Notes under the pieces: model-generated
The model's input: the letters and a program-made list of their open reading frames with translations, nothing else
What the model was told of the DNA's origin: nothing
Database searches by the model: none
Assembly: GCA_043228905.1 (NCBI GenBank)
Contig: JBHGNT010000004.1
Location: forward strand, 62,001-126,000
Direction: 5' to 3'
From: Azolla caroliniana
Lineage: Eukaryota; Plantae; Polypodiophyta
DNA length: 64,000 nt
Program-made: the position numbers and the translations under genes
Part shown: piece by piece, positions 56,201-64,000 of the stretch
Numbering within the stretch: the first letter of the stretch is position 1
How the letters are laid out: the number at the start of each line of letters is the position of its first letter

Positions 56201-58115
56201 TTAATATGTTCAAGCTATGTGAGTACATGAAAAGCAGTAAGATCATTCACAAGGTAAGAGTTTTCAATGAGTTTCTTTGTTAATGTATGAAGAGGTAGTT
56301 TAATCTGATACCATAACAGCTATACAGGTATGTGGCTATGCTGAGAGGTTATCATTTCAAAAGGAAAGCTCTACATGTACAAACAAGGGTGCAAAAGAGA
56401 TCTCTGATGAGTGGTCAGGGTCATTCACTGGTTTCCATGCATTAGCTGAGTTGGTTCTTACTTTGATGATGGAAGATAGTGATGGTCGAATCCTTGTTCA
56501 TTCGTGCTCTTCTAATGAACAATGCCAGGCTTATATAAAGTTTATCATGCTTAATGCCGCACAGGCTTTTTCTGAGGTTAGGTGAAATTGACATGCCTTT
56601 TAAAGATATAGGTGTATAAACTAGGAAAGAAGTCCAATATACCCAAGTCTTTTGCTATTTTCCCTAAATGCCCATGGCCTATTCGTTGTTATTTCTCCAA
56701 ATGCCCTTAAATTTTTGTTATCTCCCCAAATTCCTCTTGTCAACCCCAAAAGAGAGAAAGGGGATGAATCGACCATATAATCTCTTAAATGAGAGTTGAC
56801 CCAGGGCATTTTTGAAATCATGAAAACTTACGGGCATTTAGAAGATAAAGAAAATCATAGGTATTTTGGAGTTTTTCCCTGTATAGTAATTAAGGTAGTT
56901 GTGACAATGTTCTACATAATGCAGGTTTTAGAAAAAAGTCATGCTGTTGTGCTGGCTGGAGGCACCTTGCAACCCATTGAGGAGCTTGAATATCGTTTGT
57001 ATCCTTGCTTGAAGAGGAATCAGATACATTTTTTCTCTTGTGGACATATTGTTCCACCAGAAAATGTCTTGGCTATAGCTGTTTCACATGGTCCTACAGG
57101 GAGAAGTTTTGATTTTACTTATCAATCACGTGCCCTTCCTGAGATGGTACATACATCTGTGGTTGAGACTGTATCCAAAAAGAAGGAAAGAAGTATATGT
57201 TAACATCTCTAAAAGACCATAATGGCCAATGAGATCTAACAAAGATTACTTCTCTTTGTTCAGAATTTTGCTCCCATTTTAAAACATTTCGTGTCATTTA
57301 CAGGTAGAAGAGCTAGGACGATTTGTTTTTAATCTTTCTCTGGTTGTTCCTGAAGGAATGGTTATTTTTTTGCCATCATTTGAGTATGAACAACAGTTAC
57401 ACTCTGCATGGAAAGTCTCAGGAATCCTTGATAAGATACAAAGGAAGAAAGTTCTATTTCGAGAGCCCAGAGATGCTGCATCTCTCGATACAACACTACG
57501 TAAGTACAAAGAAGCTGTAACAGATACTCAGAATCTGGATTCAGGAAGGACAGGAGCTATCATTCTGTGTGTCGTGGGAGGAAAAATGTCTGAAGGTATC
57601 AACTTCAGTGATGGTATGGGTAGATGTGTGGTCATGGTTGGATTGCCATACCCAAGCCTTTCAGATCCAGAACTTGTAGAACGTATGAAGTATGTTGATA
57701 TGATTCTGTCAGTGCCAACAGATAGGATGCCTGAGGGTTGTGAGTTGGAAAAAACACCATTGAGGGGCTATAATGGCAGAACTTATTATGAGAACCTATG
57801 CATGAAGGCAGTAAACCAGTCTATAGGTAATGCTCATACACTTTTTTACTGCTCTTTTATTTTATGTTTGCAAATATTTCCAAAGCCACTCAGTGTATTA
57901 ATGTCTTCTTAGGTAGAGCAATCAGGCACATAAAGGATTATGCATCTATTCTTCTTGTGGATGCCAGATATACTTCATCATCTTCTATAACATCAGGGCC
58001 AACATCAAAGCTACCCACTTGGATTAAAGAGCAGCTGATCATAGCGACAGGAAGCTTTGGAGAGGTACATAAACGAATTCATCAATTCTTCAGGAAAAAA
58101 CAAGGCGATAACTAG
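53294..58115 (+). CDS. DDX11: ATP-dependent Fe-S DEAH DNA helicase DDX11/CHL1 (ChlR1), about 886 aa, 9 exons
   Basis: Exons 53294-53435, 53624-54229, 54768-54856, 55525-55875, 55978-56253, 56328-56576, 56925-57146, 57304-57826, 57913-58115, total 2661 nt, phases consistent. Motifs FPFEPYPVQ, ESPTGTGKTLS, SRTHSQLSQF, Fe-S cysteines (LCIN, ERCL, GCPF, CPYY), IDEAHNL, AGGTLQP, VVGGKMSEGINFSD, AVNQSIGRAIRH. Confidence 0.96.
56623..56880. mobile_element. Mutator-like MITE (about 258 bp) in DDX11 intron 6
   Basis: The left end AGGAAAGAAGTCCAATATACC matches the reverse complement of the right end (AGGGAAAAACTCCAAAATACC). Internal inverted pairs CTAAATGCCC/GGGCATTTAG and AAATGCCCT/AGGGCATTT. Both flanks contain TGTATA (possible degraded TSD). 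Confidence 0.65.
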
Positions 58116-58850
58116 GTATGCATGATTGTTTTGATGTCAATTATAAGTATTTTTTCAGTTTTCTTGGCTGCTCTAATAAGCTATTTCTCAAAATTCTAGT
58201 AGGAGATGGCAAGATCACTACAACATGGTAGACTTATTCGAAGGACATGTTGAGGTGCAGCTTGGTTTCTAGTGTATATTTTAAAGCGGTACACGGTTGT
58301 CATCAAGAGTTTGAGATATAGGCTTTTACTTCATTATGTTCAAACTTTAGAATATGAAAATGGGTCGCTAATAGCATACAATAAGAAAGCGTAGTGTTCA
58401 AAACATTGTTGGTCAGGATTGAATCAATGTGTTGGATATTATAATGAATAAGAGTGATGTTATTGAATAAGAAGCTCCAAGTGTCGGAAGTAAAGTAATA
58501 AAACACTAAGGAAATGGAAAACAGGACTTTGGACTGATGGTCACCCATAAGAATGTGCACTTGGTAATGTAGATGCCGTAAAATAAATACATTTCTTCAG
58601 GAATTATACTATCAACTTGGGAATCTGTGTAGACTGAGTAATAGATCCAAAATGTGAAAGTAGTCTGGGAAAGTTGGATAGCATGCTTCCGAATTGTTGT
58701 TTCAGTAAGCTTTGTAAGTTCATGTGTCATACTATAGATCATGCATGCTTATTGTTTTCTTGGGCCTATGGTTCCTCTTTATATCTGAGAGAAGATAAAG
58801 TTTGATTTCATCTTTGACAAGAATTATTGTGCTTATTGATAGAACTTACA

Positions 58851-58965
58851 ACCTCAATTTAAAGATACATGTGAAGGGATAGTATCCCAGTTCGTGATGC
58901 TTCCCAGTTCAAATACCTCAATTTAAAGATACATGTGAAGGGATAGTATCCCAGTTCGTGATGCT
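58851..58965. repeat. Direct repeat, 51 bp identical x2
   Basis: ACCTCAATTTAAAGATACATGTGAAGGGATAGTATCCCAGTTCGTGATGCT at 58851 and 58915. Confidence 0.9.
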
Positions 58966-60599
58966 AGGATAACTAGGACACCTGATAATGGAAATTGGAG
59001 AACATGTGTCACTTGAGCACATCTCAAAGATGGGAGATCGGACAATATTTAATGCATGTGTTGCAAACTTTCCTTTGTGGAATTGTGGAATGGGGAGGTA
59101 ATATTTCATGCCATTCAAGAAAAACTTGATAATGACCATATAAAATCAAATTTCTTTCATCCAATTCAGTCATTCCCTCATTCTAATCTAGAGACCATGA
59201 AATGTGGTGCAAAAAGAGGGATAGGAAAGCCTTGTGTTCTGCCACCTCCCTTTCTGCTCTAAGTTTCTTTCATCCATGTGAGTCAACCCTTTCAGAAGTA
59301 GTTTGACACTTCTCATGCTAAAGAATATTTGGATGTGGGCTTAGACTGGAAAGGGGGTTAGGAAAACACGACATTTTCCTTATAGAAGTTTTTACATAAA
59401 AATTGAGAACAACCCTCGTAGTTACATTTGGAAATTAATTATGGACTTTGGGTTGCCTTAAAGTATCAATGCATAAGAGATCAACGATACCATCACATAA
59501 TGCAAGCAAGTTTAAATGCACAATGAAATAGAAATTGGGGGGTTGGTTAGATGTCAAGTAAATGGGGGGATATGTGAATTAACGTGGGACTTGGAATGCT
59601 TTGCATATGAAGGCGTTGGGCATTAAGTTCACGAATTCCTAAAAGGTTGTGGTATATTTCAAGACCGAAGGTCTTGAATAAAACCATTGCCAACAATTCA
59701 TGGCTGTCATCCACAAGACCACAAGGTGAAATTTATGAAGATGAAAAGGGAATTTTGGTAACAATTTAGGCTATTTCATTAGAGCTTTCACTTTTATTAT
59801 TTGTTTTACCATTTAAACATCTCCGATTGTCGCTATTGGGAAGAGTGATTTGTACAATTATTTAGGCACATCATGTCAACCCCCTAGTGGACATCAATAT
59901 ATCGTTGCCATACTCTCAAAAGAGACTTGAAATAAAATCATCATTTACCTATTAAGCATTATTAGGCATGTTATCTTTCCTACTAGATGTATGTAGCTCA
60001 ATTCCGTACCATTTACAATTAAATAGCAACCAATAATTAAAAGACTAAAATAATTTCCAAAGAATATTTACAGTTTCACTTAGTAACTCTTTTACTCCTA
60101 CATGCAAACTCCCAAACATCTCTTAAAGTTCTTCACGTGGAACCTGTTCATGTTGATAAATAAACCATCAAAGTGAATTATCATTATTAGTCCAAGATCC
60201 AAAATTGTGCATCACTACAAGTTATTTTAGGTGCAAGCAAAACATAATATCAAACACAAGGAAACGTATCTAAAACATCATCGAGTAAAATATTCCAATT
60301 TTGTGATTTATAAATTGTGGTTTCAACAAATAACCCTCTTCCTTGTTGACCTATAGTAAGGTCATGACATTCATATGATAATAAATACTAGGCATGAATT
60401 ACCTTATAACCATCAATGAAGGACTATTGTAGGATGGCAATGTCATAAAATGTCAAAAATGGGTAGATGTTATCGAGAATACACATTATCGTTGAAGTTT
60501 CTTGAAGTCTATAAAATTGGGTACCCAATTTCGTGTTGTGATTCTTGTCATTATAAAAATGTTAATACGTACATACATAGAAGCATATTTGTTGGTTGT

Positions 60600-61100
60600 A
60601 CTTACCTTTTTGGACCACATGCAATTTGTTCATCAACACTTTCCAAAATTTACAATATGTTTAGATACAAGAAAAATCATCCACAAAAAGAGTCACATTA
60701 ATCAACTGGATGCCCAAGGTTGTGAGAAATTGTTTGATTTGATTAACTTGAGCTAGTTAGCTAATGAAAACAGAATATGTTGTCTCCTTACTAGTTTTAG
60801 TCTTTGTGGTTGAAGAAAAAACTACCATGTTAATGAATTGATCCACCATTGTGATAATTGCATCAATCAAACCCTTCTGAAGATGGGATATCTCCACAAA
60901 ACCCTCTAGAATGGGCGATGCCTTCAATTAACCGTTATGGGCAATGTTAAGGCATCTTAGGCCAACAACATGCATTACAAATTGCAAACATCGTTTTTAC
61001 AAAATTGTGAATATAAAGCCATTGGTACTTTTGGGTAACTATCCCTAAAAGCCTTTTGAATTCCTAACATTCAGTTACCACATGTCATGGCAATATTGTA
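60600..61100 (-). mobile_element. Highly degenerate LINE reverse-transcriptase relic
   Basis: Minus-strand fragments occur in RT motif order: LGIQKAF (like LDFxKAFD) near 61040, an ITVN...RG...P-like segment near 60900, and GIQLINVTLFVDDF (like LFADD) near 60690. Many stops and frameshifts. Confidence 0.4.
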
Positions 61101-61540
61101 CAAAAAGGGATATCAAGAACTCACATTCTTTTAACAATCATACTCTATTTTTCACAAATATAGCTTGTTAAACTCATTGGACAATGTGTTAACACAAAAG
61201 TCACTAAAAGTCATGCTATTGAGGGTCATCTATAATTGAAGACCAACAAAACATGTGTGAGAGTAGCAATTTCTTGTGAATCATTCCTTTAGGAAATATG
61301 CAAGTTTTAACCATTAATATAAGAAATGTATTACCACATCATTGAAGTGGTATATCATCATAATCATGATTTGAGCCCATGTTTGTAACAACACTACATG
61401 AATAACATCAAATGCACAGAACTATTGGATTTCTTAAGAAAGTCTTTCCTTCTTTTACTCATTATCACTTTATTTTACCCTCATCAACAACCCATGATGG
61501 AAACATTCAAGCAAAATCAAGTCATCCATAAAAGGCATCA

Positions 61541-62138
61541 CATCAAGGAGAAACCCTTTAGGTGGTTTGAATTGTTGATCTCGTCTCTAATGAGTGACCA
61601 CAATCCTCATTAATGCGTGTAAGTGAGGAGGTTTGCAACTACGGAATATTCCATAGGCAACACTATAAAAGTATATACTAGAGCTCAAAGGAATCAATTG
61701 AGCAAATGTAAGACGTCTCAAGTAAATGAATAAACGAAGAACAAAACAATAACATATATGGATTAAGCGTGAGTTAAAGTATATGAATTGTCTTTCATGA
61801 TATGGTAAATTAGGAGAGAAAAAGTTCAATTTTTCATCAAGGAGAAACTTTTAGGTTGTTTGATTGCTCGATCTCATGTCAAATAAGTGGCTACATTCCT
61901 CCTTAATGTGTGTAAGCGAAGAGATGTGCACTCATGGAATATCCCATAGGAAACACTATACAAGCATATACTAGAGCTTGGAGGAATTGATTGAGCAAAT
62001 GTAAGATGCATCCAATAAGTAAATAAATGAAGAACAAAGCAATAACATATATGGATTACGAGTGAAGAGGGATAGTAGAGCATATGAATTCTCTTTCATG
62101 ATATGGTAAATGAGGAGAGAGAAAGTTCAATTTTTCAT
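61541..62138. repeat. Tandem duplication, about 295-bp unit x2 (diverged)
   Basis: CATCAAGGAGAAAC...TATACTAGAGCT...ATTGAGCAAATGTAAGA...CTTTCATGATATGGTAAAT.AGGAGAGA.AAAGTTCAATTTTTCAT starts at 61541 and 61835. This explains the two similar minus-strand ORFs at 61587-61829 and 61874-62083. Confidence 0.9.
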
Positions 62139-62307
62139 TAAAATGGTTGGATCACCACATTAACATTCAGGCAAGAAAGTAAAGTTAACGAGGGCCTAAA
62201 ATGGTTTGTAATTTTTTTTACACGCGAGTCATATTTTCCAAAAACATAAATATGTATGAGAGGGTCGTCTATAAATTTCTTATTATGAAGTGCGGAAAAT
62301 TAATGGC

Positions 62308-62529
62308 GACATGCAAAGACAACATGCTTGATTTAAGCACATAGTTCAAACTATTAAGAAACGCAAGGGAAGGAAGGAGACATAGGATTATTGGATTAAA
62401 GACGAGATGTACCTTTTATGGACAACATGCAAAGACAACATGCTTGACTTAAGCATAATGTCTATACTATTAAGAAACTCGAGGGAAGGAAGCATACATA
62501 GGATTATTGGATTAAAGATGAGATGTACA
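62308..62529. repeat. Tandem duplication, about 116-bp unit x2
   Basis: ACATGCAAAGACAACATGCTTGA...ACTATTAAGAAAC...CATAGGATTATTGGATTAAAGA.GAGATGTAC occurs twice. Confidence 0.85.
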
Positions 62530-64000
62530 TGCATTACCACAAAAAGATGCCTAACAGAATAAAGCGATCAAATTTTGAATTAAATATTTAAGGAATCTAA
62601 TGTAGTAAAGGGACACATCACTCCTCACATCCATATTTTTTCATGTAGAGAAATGACATCCAATGTCAAGGTGGTTATTTTTGTGGAGAGAAATGACAAA
62701 ATGGATTAGCAATATGCGCCCCCTCGATGGTTGTTTCCTCCATAGGTGGAGGTTGGTTTCAATTATGACATAATGGGGGATATCTTACCCGCCACTAGAT
62801 TGTATCATTATATGTCTTGTATACGCTTATTAGATTGGTAATGGAAACTATGGTGCAATTTTTAATTTTTTTTAAAAATGTCAAGGTGGTTATGGCCCTA
62901 TGATCTTAGTTGATTGGAAGGTTGCCACTTGGCCCGTAATTCGTTAATTTAAACAAAGTTCCCTCCTTGTTGGCTTGTTATCTTTGCATGAGTTTGGTCA
63001 TGGGTTTATGCAATTTCATGTGAAGCATCATCATTGTGTTTTTGTTGCAAACCAACTAGTGATGCATGGCACAAACCTATTTGCCCCTCAATTTTTCTTT
63101 TGCTCTTTTTGAGTGAAAGAATATTTTATGAGATGAAGAGACAATTGACCAAGGACAAAGTGATCGGAAGTGTGTTGATGCCCAATACCCATGGTGCAAT
63201 ATGGCATTTGTACTCGCATTGAAAAATATGTGCAAACCACCTTCTCTCTTCTCACTCTTCTCCAAACTTAGGATCATCCCTCATGAAGTTATTGAGTCAA
63301 GGCCATAGGTATTGACTCAACACCCTCTCTCAATAGGTTCTAAACATGAAATGCGTGCTTGCAATAGGAAAACTACTCGTAAAAACCAAAGCACTATAGT
63401 ATTTTTACTTGGCATGGTGTGTTCTTTCTTACATTTAGGATATGTGGATTGTAGTCGCCCCCTTGCATCTCAATGTCACCATATGTTATCGCCATGAACT
63501 AGTTAGTGGTTCATTATTTTAATGCGTTCAAATAGGGGGTGTAAATGTCACACTAAGGCACGTGACACCGACACAATGTAAACCATTATATGTGAAATAG
63601 CCTCAAATATCCATTGTAGTAGCAAATGATATATGCAAATTTGTGATATTGGTGCATGTATTGGACACATCATGATAACTTTGATTATTCTATTGGTCAT
63701 GCAAACAAAGGTTTGTAGTGAGAGGATGAGTTGTGGTTCTTTCTAAGTTTACACTTTAGAGGGGATGATCATGTCAACTTTGGACATATGAACCCATAGT
63801 GGGAGATCAAGCTCGACAACATTGTAGTTCACCACACGAGATCGATTTTGGCCCTCTCAACATCTAGAGTAGGCTTCATTTTCAGATGTGTCTTGCATTG
63901 AAAACTCTTCTAATCACATCCGTTATTTCCATTGTAAAAATCCATGTACAACAACCAATATGACTCCCACATTCATTCTAAACACACACCAACATGCCTT

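Overview
AT-rich eukaryotic nuclear DNA from a land plant. The style of the PLS-PPR proteins and LINE suggests a fern or other seed-free vascular plant (inference only). I reconstructed the spliced genes by hand from GT-AG boundaries with consistent phases. In order: intronless oleosin (-); 10-exon SERAT3-type serine acetyltransferase with a long N-terminal extension (-); VPS24/CHMP3 (-); a 2-exon 72-aa membrane microprotein absent from the ORF track (+); a disabled RimP/DUF150-family gene (+); canonical PSTAIRE CDKA (+); a 5'-truncated LINE with a 15-bp TSD (-); GINS subunit PSF2 (+); two intronless PLS-class PPR genes ending in a truncated E region with no DYW (-); DDX11/CHL1 Fe-S helicase (+). 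Intergenic DNA holds degenerate TE relics, MITE-like elements and many local tandem duplications. I found no wholly new system that I can prove. The best leads are the microprotein, three co-oriented cell-cycle genes with E2F sites, the SAT with a transit-peptide-like exon and CysE-like tail, the RY+ABRE oleosin promoter, and the uORF/out-of-frame transit-peptide leader of the second PPR.
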